From: Shigella phage ESh26
Sequence record: ON528736
Strand: one strand, 5' to 3'
DNA: 64,000 nucleotides
Shown here: piece by piece, positions 47,630-56,640 of the stretch
Numbering within the stretch: the first letter of the stretch is position 1
Layout of the letters: each line of letters begins with the position of its first letter
The notes under the pieces: generated by a model
Seen by the model: only the letters and a program-made list of their open reading frames with translations
Databases searched by the model: none
What the model was told of the DNA's origin: nothing
Position numbers and translations under genes: made by a program

Positions 47630-48223
47630 TTATTTCAGGGAATTAATGTATTCCTGAACATCGGCAGAGGTAGTTTCAACCCCAGAAATATTACCGTTAA
47701 AGGTTTCAACTCGAGCAAGGGTATCTTCAATATCAACCTTAGTCAGTGCTGCAATTTCAACTACATCATCGGCAGTACTAATTCCAAGGGCATTTGCTGC
47801 ACGAGTTTCACGGATATATTCCAATTTAACTGCAAGTTCTTGGCGAGCATCATCTAATTCAACTACTTTCTTGGCGATTTCAATTCGCATTTCAGCATAA
47901 CCGTCAGCCTTAGTAGTCAACTGCTCAGCTGTTCGACGATATAGTAAACCGAGTTTAGCATGCATTGTTACATCTTGACCTTCGGAAAGAAGTTTACGAA
48001 TTTCACGCTCTTTTGATTCAGCCTGTCGATTCTTTTCGACAATAAGTTCACGAATACGTTTTTCTTCATTAATAGATTTAACAGAAGCAGTTTTTAGATC
48101 TTTAATTTTATCAAGTAGTTTTGCTGCTGCAGCAGTATACTGTTCTTCAACAGATAGATTTTTAGCCATAGCAGAACCAAGTTTAGTGCGAATAAACTCA
48201 ACAATTTTCTTCAGTGTGTTCAT
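47630..48223 (-). CDS. coiled-coil protein, weak PspA/IM30-like resemblance
   Basis: 197 aa, largely alpha-helical heptad pattern. Confidence 0.4.
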   Translation of the reverse strand: MNTLKKIVEFIRTKLGSAMAKNLSVEEQYTAAAAKLLDKIKDLKTASVKSINEEKRIRELIVEKNRQAESKEREIRKLLSEGQDVTMHAKLGLLYRRTAEQLTTKADGYAEMRIEIAKKVVELDDARQELAVKLEYIRETRAANALGISTADDVVEIAALTKVDIEDTLARVETFNGNISGVETTSADVQEYINSLK

Positions 48224-48297
48224 AGTATTTCCTTAGGTTGATTAAGATTTAAAATCCGTGTAGAATTATATCCTGTTATTTGAGAAATGTAAACATG

Positions 48298-48696
48298 TTA
48301 TTTCATTTTTGCGAGACAGATTTCATTGGCTTCCCATTGAGCTTGCTTAATAATAGCTTTGGATACAGGAACCTTTTGACCATAAGTTTTTGACGTTGAG
48401 AGAACAATATATTTGTTTGCCTCATTATGCCAACCCCATGATTCTTCGCCATGAGTACCTTTAACTACAGCTGACACCTCAACAGAGCAGCCATCAGAAC
48501 TAATCTTGGTGTCTACAATCCATTCATTTCTCTCGACAGCTTCATTTTCAGACCTCATTTTTTCTTCATACACGGCGGCCCAATCAGTTTTTGTCAAGCT
48601 TAAACTAAGAGCTTTCTCTAATTCTTTGGCAGCTTTTTGTTGTTCGGGTGTTAATGAATTATATAACTCTCGCATTTCTTTATCTTCAATATTCAT
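48298..48696 (-). CDS. hypothetical protein
   Basis: 132 aa ORF. Confidence 0.4.
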   Translation of the reverse strand: MNIEDKEMRELYNSLTPEQQKAAKELEKALSLSLTKTDWAAVYEEKMRSENEAVERNEWIVDTKISSDGCSVEVSAVVKGTHGEESWGWHNEANKYIVLSTSKTYGQKVPVSKAIIKQAQWEANEICLAKMK

Positions 48697-48751
48697 TATG
48701 TTCTCCTCAAGTTACAGGCTCATAATATCTAAATCATGAGCCTATGTAAAC

Positions 48752-49069
48752 TTATTTCATATTATTGAAATATTCTTCTGCGATTTCGTCGTTATCATGG
48801 TAAACTTTAGAAGACAGTTTAACATAACCTTCAGCTGTGAACATATTAATCACAACTTTTACAGTATACCACTGACCATCTTCATTACCCATTACTGCGT
48901 AAGTTTCAAACATCGGATGGTCAGGACCGATAACTTTAATATCATTCACTGTACGACCGAAATCTTCTGAAACGCATTTCATAAAGAAGTTGAACAGTTC
49001 GCCGTAATTATCCATTTCATTCTCCAAGTTGTTTTTCTGTATCAGTAGTTGATAGTTGTATAGTACCAT
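48752..49069 (-). CDS. hypothetical protein
   Basis: 105 aa, early promoter upstream. Confidence 0.45.
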   Translation of the reverse strand: MVLYNYQLLIQKNNLENEMDNYGELFNFFMKCVSEDFGRTVNDIKVIGPDHPMFETYAVMGNEDGQWYTVKVVINMFTAEGYVKLSSKVYHDNDEIAEEYFNNMK

Positions 49070-49089
49070 GGAAGAACAGGGATGTAAAT
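49058..49089 (-). promoter_or_regulatory. T4-type early promoter
   Basis: ATTTAC -35, GGTACTATAC -10. Confidence 0.55.
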
Positions 49090-49110
49090 AGTTTTGTGAA
49101 AAAATTTTTA

Positions 49111-49133
49111 GGGAATTATGGGGCAGGGAGGGG
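49111..49133 (+). other. G-quadruplex-forming motif
   Basis: GGGaattatGGGGcaGGGaGGGG: four G-runs of 3 or more with loops 6, 2, 1. Confidence 0.45.
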
Positions 49134-49178
49134 CAATTAAAAGGTAGGATAATATATTATAAAGGGTATAAACTAAAT

Positions 49179-49208
49179 GATGCCTAGAGATGCCCAGAAA
49201 GGCCTAGA
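49179..49208. repeat. three tandem 10 bp units
   Basis: gatgcctaga / gatgcccaga / aaggcctaga, phased at 10 bp. Confidence 0.5.
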
Positions 49209-49218
49209 TACCAAAAAG

Positions 49219-49237
49219 CCCTATCATTTAGATAGGG
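49219..49237 (-). terminator. rho-independent terminator after internal protein gene
   Basis: CCCUAUC-loop-GAUAGGG then CUUUUU. Confidence 0.65.
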
Positions 49238-49245
49238 ATTTAAAA

Positions 49246-49809
49246 TTATTTATCTAGTTTAGTTATTATAGCTTCTGCAGCAGCTTTTAGCTTAGATGCG
49301 GTGTTAATACGATTTTTAATTTCAGTATACGCATCGCCAAGAACATCAAGGCTATCAGAATAAACACTTACACTATTGCGTTCGCTATTTGAAATAGAAC
49401 CTTTAGTTTTGCGGTCAAAATCGGTGTACACGTCTTGAAGATCGCGGGCTGCCTTCTTTGCATCATCCAATGCATCAAGAGCTTTATTCAAAGCATTAAC
49501 GTATTTTTTAGTGTCGAACATATTCTTAGAAATTTTAACAGGTGCGCGTTCAGGAGTAGCTAACACAGATTTAGGAACCTGAGCGCCAGATGCCAATTTC
49601 TTAGAAATTTTGAAAAATGCTTTATTGAATTTATTTTCTTGACTCATTGTAAAAGAACTATTATCGATGTTGTACATTTCAATAGCTTTAGCTTTCCACT
49701 TAAGAAAATCGCCGCGGTCTTTTGGGTCCAATTGGAAGAATACTTTAGTAAGATCTGCTTCAGATGGTAATTTTGCTGCTTCGGTTAAAAATTCGGCATA
49801 GGTTTTCAT
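49246..49809 (-). CDS. internal protein (head-packaged, capsid-targeting leader)
   Basis: 187 aa, N-term MKTYAEFLTEAAKL; terminator after stop. Confidence 0.6.
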   Translation of the reverse strand: MKTYAEFLTEAAKLPSEADLTKVFFQLDPKDRGDFLKWKAKAIEMYNIDNSSFTMSQENKFNKAFFKISKKLASGAQVPKSVLATPERAPVKISKNMFDTKKYVNALNKALDALDDAKKAARDLQDVYTDFDRKTKGSISNSERNSVSVYSDSLDVLGDAYTEIKNRINTASKLKAAAEAIITKLDK

Positions 49810-49905
49810 TTAAAATCCTTGAAATAATTTATCGGTTGGTTATTAATTATTTATTACTTTGTTACTATCCGTAGCAGCATTCTCTATGTGATTCAAACCA
49901 AAAAG

Positions 49906-49925
49906 CCCCAACCTTTCGGCTGGGG
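49906..49925 (-). terminator. rho-independent terminator after internal protein gene
   Basis: 8 bp stem CCCCAGCC/GGUUGGGG with GAAA loop then CUUUUU. Confidence 0.75.
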
Positions 49926-49934
49926 TTAAGAATG

Positions 49935-50408
49935 TTATTTGATTTGTTTAGCAGACCAAATGCGGTCTTTAATAATTTTTTGGATGTCTTCAACATACTC
50001 AAGAGAGTGAACATGCGGATTATCTTTGAAACTATAAGCACGGGCTAACTTTTGGCCTTCGGTTTTGATTACTAAAAGCTCTTTAAGGATAGCTTCATAT
50101 TTAGCGATAATTCCTTTAACGATATTTTTTTCTTGTGCAGCTTTAGGATCTGCTTTAGGAGCAGGTTTACCCGAAGCCTTTGCAAAAGCAGCGCCAGTAG
50201 CAACTAAACTTTTCCAGGCCATACTAACTGCATTTCCCGTAAATCCTTCTGCTTTCATGTCGCGAGCAAATTGGAATCGTGATTCGTCAGAAGCATCTTT
50301 ATAGGAATATTTACCCGCTGCAATGGCTGCTTTTGCGACAGCTTGAATTTCGGTGCTAGATGCTTCATTTAACACCGCTTCATTTAAAAATTGAGCATAT
50401 GATTTCAT
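49935..50408 (-). CDS. internal protein (capsid-targeting leader)
   Basis: 157 aa, N-term MKSYAQFLNEAVL; late promoter TATAAATA upstream; terminator after stop. Confidence 0.6.
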   Translation of the reverse strand: MKSYAQFLNEAVLNEASSTEIQAVAKAAIAAGKYSYKDASDESRFQFARDMKAEGFTGNAVSMAWKSLVATGAAFAKASGKPAPKADPKAAQEKNIVKGIIAKYEAILKELLVIKTEGQKLARAYSFKDNPHVHSLEYVEDIQKIIKDRIWSAKQIK

Positions 50409-50448
50409 CTTATTTCCTGTTTTAATTCGTGGATTTAATATACTACTA

Positions 50449-50456
50449 TATTTATA
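50449..50456 (-). promoter_or_regulatory. late promoter TATAAATA
   Basis: minus-strand TATAAATA upstream of internal protein gene start 50408. Confidence 0.6.
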
Positions 50457-50463
50457 CTAAAAA

Positions 50464-50485
50464 GCCCCAACCTTTCGGTCGGGGC
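50464..50485 (-). terminator. rho-independent terminator ending the tRNA/stable-RNA transcription unit
   Basis: 9 bp stem, GAAA loop, then UUUUU. Confidence 0.75.
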
Positions 50486-50797
50486 TAAGCCTTGCGGCAA
50501 CCTTGTCGGGGTTCCACCTGCTAAGGCAAGTGTTTGTACGAAACGCCGGGATTCGAACCCGGTTATTAAGCAGTTGACGCTACTCAATATTTTTAAAAGG
50601 CCATATCTCGACCATATCCGAACGTTCCGTCAAAAACGCTACTCGGCTTACGGCAAAGATATTTCCTCGAATCGATAATTCTGTGCGCCGTTTCTGCTGT
50701 GATGTAAGGGGACATTAACAGATCGTAAAGATTTGTTAATGCCAGTCCTTACCCAGGGAACATCAGTCCGACGACTTACCGGTAGCGACCCGGTTTC
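50486..50797 (-). ncRNA. candidate stable RNA region with tRNA T-arm motif
   Basis: 312 nt without ORF, GC-richer than surroundings, CCGGGTTCGAATCCCGG on minus strand, ends at strong terminator 50464-50485. Confidence 0.3.
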
Positions 50798-51148
50798 TTA
50801 ATATTCTTTTAAAGCATCAATCTGTTCACGGCGTTTACGCCATAAATCAATTGCTTCATACGCAGATTCAGCATTTCGAATTAGTCGGCATTTGTGTAAA
50901 GACTTGTGATTTTGATATTGCGTAGATAACGAAATTTTATCTAAAAGGTCTTTACGTTCAAAGTATTCGTAACCATCTAAGCCAAATGAACGATTTTTGA
51001 GAAATTGCCAATGACCATATTCGTTTTCGACATAAACATAATCCGCATGTTGATAAAGCAAATTAATTACACGTTCAGAAATAACAGTGTCATTGTGATT
51101 AAAATAAAATGTTAAATCATGAACTACTAAATAAACATTACCTTTCAT
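50798..51148 (-). CDS. hypothetical protein immediately downstream of tRNA-Arg
   Basis: 116 aa, GAGGAA SD 8 nt before ATG. Confidence 0.45.
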   Translation of the reverse strand: MKGNVYLVVHDLTFYFNHNDTVISERVINLLYQHADYVYVENEYGHWQFLKNRSFGLDGYEYFERKDLLDKISLSTQYQNHKSLHKCRLIRNAESAYEAIDLWRKRREQIDALKEY

Positions 51149-51154
51149 ATTTTC

Positions 51155-51230
51155 CTCACTTAATTGGTCGAGGCAGTAGGGATCGAACCTACGACCTAGG
51201 ACTTAGAAGGTCCTTGCTCTTCCTTCTGAG
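51155..51230 (-). tRNA. tRNA-Arg (anticodon UCU)
   Basis: hand-folded cloverleaf, 76 nt, T-loop TTCGATC, CCA encoded. Confidence 0.85.
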
Positions 51231-51234
51231 CTAT

Positions 51235-51310
51235 GCCCCGTAATTGGGGTGACCGATGGGGGTCGAACCCATGACTACGAGAATCACAATCTCGAGTTCT
51301 ACCAACTGAA
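51235..51310 (-). tRNA. tRNA-His (anticodon GUG), no encoded G-1
   Basis: hand-folded, 7 bp acceptor GTGGCCG/CGGTCAC, C73, CCA encoded. Confidence 0.75.
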
Positions 51311-51423
51311 CTACGGCCACATTAATACCTACTCCAACAATCAAGATGTCTTCACACGAAATTAAGAGAAGAGTGATCAGTTCAACCCTATAATCGCGTC
51401 AAGTAGATATTAATGTGACAGTT
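51311..51423 (-). ncRNA. 113 nt spacer inside tRNA cluster, possible small stable RNA
   Basis: no ORF; palindrome TGTGACAGTTGTCACA; lies between tRNA-Asn and tRNA-His. Confidence 0.2.
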
Positions 51424-51498
51424 GTCACAAATTTGGCGGACGTGATAGGATTCGAACCTATAACCAATCGCTTAACAGGCGATCGCTCTGCCATTGAG
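51424..51498 (-). tRNA. tRNA-Asn (anticodon GUU)
   Basis: hand-folded, 75 nt, anticodon loop CTGTTAA, CCA encoded. Confidence 0.8.
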
Positions 51499-51502
51499 CT
51501 AC

Positions 51503-51589
51503 ACATCCAAATTGGTGGGGAGTGATGGAGTCGAACCACCCGAGTCGCAATGACAATGGATTTACAGTCCACACCGCTACCTCTACGGG
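51503..51589 (-). tRNA. tRNA-Tyr (anticodon GUA), long variable arm
   Basis: hand-folded, 87 nt, loop CTGTAAA, class II variable arm. Confidence 0.8.
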
Positions 51590-51602
51590 ATAACTCCCCT
51601 TA

Positions 51603-51677
51603 ATTCTTAATTTGGTGGCCCTGGGTGGAATTGAACCACCATCTGGCGATTATGAGTCGCTTGCTTGAACCTTCCAG
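51603..51677 (-). tRNA. tRNA with CAU anticodon (Ile-lysidine type by position, or Met)
   Basis: hand-folded, 75 nt; follows Thr as tRNA-Ile does in T4. Confidence 0.75.
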
Positions 51678-51678
51678 C

Positions 51679-51754
51679 TACAGGGCCTTGGTGCTGATTG
51701 ACGGAATCGAACCGCCGACCTTCTCATTACAAGTGAGTTGCTCTACCTACTGAG
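51679..51754 (-). tRNA. tRNA-Thr (anticodon UGU)
   Basis: hand-folded, 76 nt, loop CTTGTAA. Confidence 0.85.
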
Positions 51755-51759
51755 CTAAA

Positions 51760-51849
51760 TCAGCAAAACTGGCGGAGGCGATAGGATTTGAACCTATGAG
51801 TCGCCGGAGCGACTGCCGGTTTTCAAGACCGGTGCATTAAACCACTCTG
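51760..51849 (-). tRNA. tRNA-Ser (anticodon UGA), long variable arm
   Basis: hand-folded, 90 nt. Confidence 0.85.
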
Positions 51850-51851
51850 CC

Positions 51852-51925
51852 ACGCCTCCAGTCTCCATACAAGGATTTGAACCTTGGACCTCCTGATCCC
51901 AAATCAGGCGCTCTACCAAACTGAG
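51852..51925 (-). tRNA. tRNA-Pro (anticodon UGG), CCA not encoded
   Basis: hand-folded, 74 nt, loop TTTGGGA. Confidence 0.8.
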
Positions 51926-51935
51926 CTACACGGAG

Positions 51936-52101
<166 letters not shown>

Positions 52102-52102
52102 C

Positions 52103-52175
52103 CATTCTCGCGCTGGGAATAAAGGACTCGAACCTTTGCATCCTGGAATCAAAATCCAGTGCCTTACCAACTTGG
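52103..52175 (-). tRNA. tRNA-Gln (anticodon UUG), CCA not encoded
   Basis: hand-folded, 73 nt, 5' UGGGAAU. Confidence 0.85.
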
Positions 52176-52282
52176 CTAATTCCCAATTATTAACAAAGGC
52201 TCTTAAGCAAGAACCCTTGATGATAGAGGGTATTAATCAGTGCGATATGAGTTAATAATAACAAATAATTCTTAAAGCATAT

Positions 52283-52570
52283 TTACCATTTATGATAATA
52301 CATATTTACGATGCATTCAAGACCCAAAGGATTCTTGAAAATATCATATTCAAGAGGACCTTTTTCTGTTTCAATAAAGAAATCAAAATTTACTGTATTA
52401 AATTTACGGTCTTCCTTTACTAATTTAACTTGAGAAGATGAACGGTCAATGTAAACCTTTTCAACTTCAAAACATGTTAAAATGCCATAATCATCAATCA
52501 AGGCTTTAGCTGCTTCTTGATCATATTTATATCCATTTTCAATGGATGATACTTTCGCATAAAGAATCAT
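52283..52570 (-). CDS. hypothetical protein
   Basis: 95 aa ORF. Confidence 0.4.
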   Translation of the reverse strand: MILYAKVSSIENGYKYDQEAAKALIDDYGILTCFEVEKVYIDRSSSQVKLVKEDRKFNTVNFDFFIETEKGPLEYDIFKNPLGLECIVNMYYHKW

Positions 52571-52572
52571 TA

Positions 52573-52983
52573 TTAACCTTTATCAACAATAGTATGTGTA
52601 TTGGCATTTACGATTTGCCACCAATCGAAACTATCGCCAAATCGTTTTGATTTATTGTCTTCAATAATTTGGCGTAATTCATCTTCTGTTTCAGCATACG
52701 CAATCAAATCATCATATCCACCACAAGGATAGTAATTATCGCCTGCGAACAAAAGAAAATTTACTTTAGATGGGTCTACATAATAATGCTCTTTAGGATA
52801 TTTAGTTCCTCTCCAATCAGTTACTTCAACATAACGATAAGAAAATCCATTTTTACTTTCAATCCAACTCCACGCTTCAAAAGGAGTATTAAAAACTTTA
52901 TCAGGTATTAAATTACCTTCAAAATGAGAAGGATTTGCATAATCCCCAGCATAAACATAGTATTCGTTAATACTCACACTCAT
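52573..52983 (-). CDS. hypothetical protein
   Basis: 136 aa from ATG 52981-52983. Confidence 0.45.
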   Translation of the reverse strand: MSVSINEYYVYAGDYANPSHFEGNLIPDKVFNTPFEAWSWIESKNGFSYRYVEVTDWRGTKYPKEHYYVDPSKVNFLLFAGDNYYPCGGYDDLIAYAETEDELRQIIEDNKSKRFGDSFDWWQIVNANTHTIVDKG

Positions 52984-52984
52984 T

Positions 52985-53170
52985 CTATTCACCTTTAGAA
53001 ATTTTATCCATAACAATAGCTATTAAACCAATTAAAAATGCTACTACAAGTGAAAAAACATTTTCTGCTGTAGTCAATAATCCGCATATAAATCCAACAA
53101 ACATTGAAAAACTAAAAGCGGAAGCAGAAATTGCAATAGCAACATTTCGAATTAATTCACAACGTTTCAT
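52985..53170 (-). CDS. small membrane protein
   Basis: 61 aa from ATG 53168-53170, early promoter upstream. Confidence 0.45.
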   Translation of the reverse strand: MKRCELIRNVAIAISASAFSFSMFVGFICGLLTTAENVFSLVVAFLIGLIAIVMDKISKGE

Positions 53171-53185
53171 TTTATTCTCCTCAGT

Positions 53186-53228
53186 AGTTGATGAGATAAT
53201 AGTATCACTACCCCATCTAAAAGTAAAC
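53186..53228 (-). promoter_or_regulatory. T4-type early promoter
   Basis: GTTTAC -35, GATACTATTA -10. Confidence 0.6.
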
Positions 53229-53462
53229 TTATTTTTTACGAAAAATTGATTTATTTTCTGCTGCCCATTTTTCAATAACTGCAGCAGGACCAGTAACAAC
53301 AATTTTATCACCGTAATCTTCTGCGGCGAGTTGACCGAAATTATCTAATGCATCACGAAGAACTCCATAAGGCATTTCACCCATTTTATCTTTCTTGCCA
53401 GTGTAAATAAACTCAACTTTTACATCAGAAGATTCAGCGATAAACTCTTTGAAAGTTTTCAT
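53229..53462 (-). CDS. internal protein (capsid-targeting leader)
   Basis: 77 aa from ATG 53460-53462, MKTFKEFIAESS; early promoter upstream. Confidence 0.55.
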   Translation of the reverse strand: MKTFKEFIAESSDVKVEFIYTGKKDKMGEMPYGVLRDALDNFGQLAAEDYGDKIVVTGPAAVIEKWAAENKSIFRKK

Positions 53463-53494
53463 TTTGATTTCCATTTGATTTTGTTTTGATAGGG

Positions 53495-53526
53495 TAATAG
53501 TATCACTACTAAAACCCTGTGTAAAC
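53495..53526 (-). promoter_or_regulatory. T4-type early promoter
   Basis: GTTTAC -35, GATACTATTA -10. Confidence 0.6.
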
Positions 53527-53538
53527 AACTTTGTGAAA

Positions 53539-53796
53539 TTATTTTAAATCTTCTAATCGTTTCTTCATCTTAGAACCATTTTTAGCAATTTCTCCTGCAT
53601 CGGAGCATAACGCTAAAAGTGCTTTAACTTTAGTTTGGTCTCCTTTAAAAGATGAAGGATCGACTGCAGCAGCAAGTTCTTTAATACGAGAGAAAAGACG
53701 CTCAGCTTCAGCTAAAGCCATTCCAAGCTTTACTTCCATACCGTGAGAAGATTCAGTGATAGTAGTTTTTGTAGCAAACTCTTTGAAAGTTTTCAT
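53539..53796 (-). CDS. internal protein (capsid-targeting leader)
   Basis: 85 aa MKTFKEFATKTTITESS; early promoter upstream. Confidence 0.55.
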   Translation of the reverse strand: MKTFKEFATKTTITESSHGMEVKLGMALAEAERLFSRIKELAAAVDPSSFKGDQTKVKALLALCSDAGEIAKNGSKMKKRLEDLK

Positions 53797-53824
53797 TTTA
53801 TTTTCCTAATTAATTTTGATGAGA

Positions 53825-53856
53825 TAATAGTATCACTACCTCATCAGCATGTAAAC
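53825..53856 (-). promoter_or_regulatory. T4-type early promoter
   Basis: GTTTAC -35, GATACTATTA -10. Confidence 0.6.
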
Positions 53857-53868
53857 AACTTTGTGAAA

Positions 53869-54565
<697 letters not shown>

Positions 54566-54566
<1 letters not shown>

Positions 54567-55279
54567 TATAGTACCTTTAGTGTATTTTTAATTTTAGAAA
54601 AAAGTTCTTCAAGAGAACCATCGTTTGTAATTACTAAATCGCCATCACGAATTGGCAATCCAGCTTCTGTAATATGTGTATCATTGGATTTTTGACCAGG
54701 ACGAACTACATGAATTACTGTAGCACCCATCGCCCTAGCCGCATCCATTTCATGATCTTGACGAGTATCAGGAACGATATAATAATCATAACCTGAGTTA
54801 AATTTATCAAGATAATCTAAAGCAAATAATTTTACCCAATACATGCGGTCGAAGTTATTAACAATCAAATCCGTACCTAGGGCTTGCATCAGACGACGGA
54901 CTGACCATTGATCTTCAATATTATTTATAACGTCAGCAATCTTGTTAAATGCTACGAAATTAACTGCGTCATCAAAAACAAACACACCTTTAATTGGGCT
55001 TTTACTATTAAGATAGCAAAATGCTTGTTCCATAATCGTAATTACTTCTAATTTAGTCAGATTTAAATTAGTTTCACGATCATAGTCAATTCCTTCAAAC
55101 TCTTTACGAGTTAAGCAAGGATAATCAGTGTTTGCTGCAAATACGCCCCATGCATAAGCCAATGCATCCTTAATAGGACCAGCAAGTTGATATTTAACTG
55201 CAGAATAATTTTTCATGATAAAATCTGCAGTAGTATCTTTTCCACTACGCTTTACACCACTTAAAAAGATTAGTTTCAT
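54566..55279 (-). CDS. 1: deoxynucleoside monophosphate kinase gp1
   Basis: 237 aa, P-loop GVKRSGKDT. Confidence 0.9.
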
Positions 55280-55328
55280 ATGTTTCTCCTCAAATTTAGT
55301 TAAGATTATAACACATGAAACTGAAGCA

Positions 55329-55859
55329 TTAAACTTCTGCTATAATTTTGCCATCTTTTTCTACTTGAAAATACATATAAGGAATCGTTGCTGTGCATAC
55401 TAAGGCTGGGTCTGAATCTTCCGTGTAGCTAAATTCTACTTCAGAGAGGTCAGAAACCCAAGGCTTATAAAAATTTATTGACATCACGATTTCAGTTTTA
55501 CTATTATCTAAAATGTAAAGCGTAATGTATTCAGGACCTGTTTTTTGGGCAGTATTTTCGCCTGTAAGATAGTTACTAGTTCCTAGCATCCATTCATACA
55601 TTCCTATCCACGACTTAAGCTCTTCATCAACTATAAATCTCACGATGAGTGGATCATACTCAAATGTAACTCCTGGACGCTGTGCTCGGCCTAGTCCAAA
55701 CGGCCCAGTCACGGTATCAGTAACAGGTATCCTAATTCCTGGAATAGGAACTGACTGAGCATTTAAAGTAAAAGCAGATGTAGTATTACTATGCGGTATT
55801 GATACTACAAAGTTAGTTGTATTTGCTTGGTTAAAAATTTGTTGTAGTGCTTGCGACAT
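55329..55859 (-). CDS. 3: tail completion/sheath stabilizer gp3
   Basis: 176 aa from ATG 55857-55859 (MSQALQQIFNQ). Confidence 0.75.
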   Translation of the reverse strand: MSQALQQIFNQANTTNFVVSIPHSNTTSAFTLNAQSVPIPGIRIPVTDTVTGPFGLGRAQRPGVTFEYDPLIVRFIVDEELKSWIGMYEWMLGTSNYLTGENTAQKTGPEYITLYILDNSKTEIVMSINFYKPWVSDLSEVEFSYTEDSDPALVCTATIPYMYFQVEKDGKIIAEV

Positions 55860-55965
55860 ATATTCCTCATAATGCTTCATAAATGTTGGTGGTATAATGG
55901 GTCTAAGTCCCTTCCATTCAATTCCAATTAGAACAAACAATAGAAAAGAATGGAAGATAATAGAA

Positions 55966-56640
55966 TTAATTTATTAGACTTCTTAAACGAGCAGAAGTCA
56001 TAAATGGAAATTTTTCTAAAGTTGGCTTTCGCCAATATCTTGGATGACAAGTTGATTTAAAATCAAGAACAATTTTCTTTGCTTCATCAATAGTGTTAAC
56101 TCCAAAGTTATCTAACATTATTTTCTTTTCTTTTTCCCACCGTTTATTAGCTAAAGCAGATTGAAGCTTTTTGTTTTTAAATGTGTCATTTTTTCTAGAA
56201 TGAGTTGTGCCTTGTGTCGGACTCCATCCTCTTCCTAAAATAAATCCCTCAGGAATTATATCTCCATCATGTAATTTTATACATCTTTTACCATTATTAT
56301 AATATTTTCGTCCAGTTTGTGTATTTGAAATATTATTTGCATGTTTTCTTTTTAACCAACCATAAACTTTATTATTTCTCCTAACATATTTAGTTGAAAC
56401 CGTCATTTTTATGGCTGCATAAGATAATTTTAAAGAATTTGGGTGTATTTTTACTAATAGCTGATGTGCAACATAATGCTCTTCTGGAGTTAAATCAACC
56501 AAGTTAGAAGCATCATTACTACCGCCTAAACATTTCGGAATAATATGATGTCTTTCTTTATATCCAGTAAGGGCTCTATTGCGAGCCCTATCAATTAGTG
56601 AATTATAAATTTTTTCATAATTCATCGTACATTGCTCCAA
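55966..56640 (-). CDS. free-standing HNH endonuclease (homing-endonuclease-like)
   Basis: 224 aa; [37 protein letters not shown] motif; basic C-terminal half; between genes 3 and 2. Confidence 0.6.
   Translation of the reverse strand: MEQCTMNYEKIYNSLIDRARNRALTGYKERHHIIPKCLGGSNDASNLVDLTPEEHYVAHQLLVKIHPNSLKLSYAAIKMTVSTKYVRRNNKVYGWLKRKHANNISNTQTGRKYYNNGKRCIKLHDGDIIPEGFILGRGWSPTQGTTHSRKNDTFKNKKLQSALANKRWEKEKKIMLDNFGVNTIDEAKKIVLDFKSTCHPRYWRKPTLEKFPFMTSARLRSLIN

Noticed and set aside
50486-50797. Attempt to fold a complete tRNA around the T-arm motif
   Set aside because: Found the T-arm and a possible acceptor pairing but no acceptable D-arm or anticodon arm; reported only as a candidate structured RNA.
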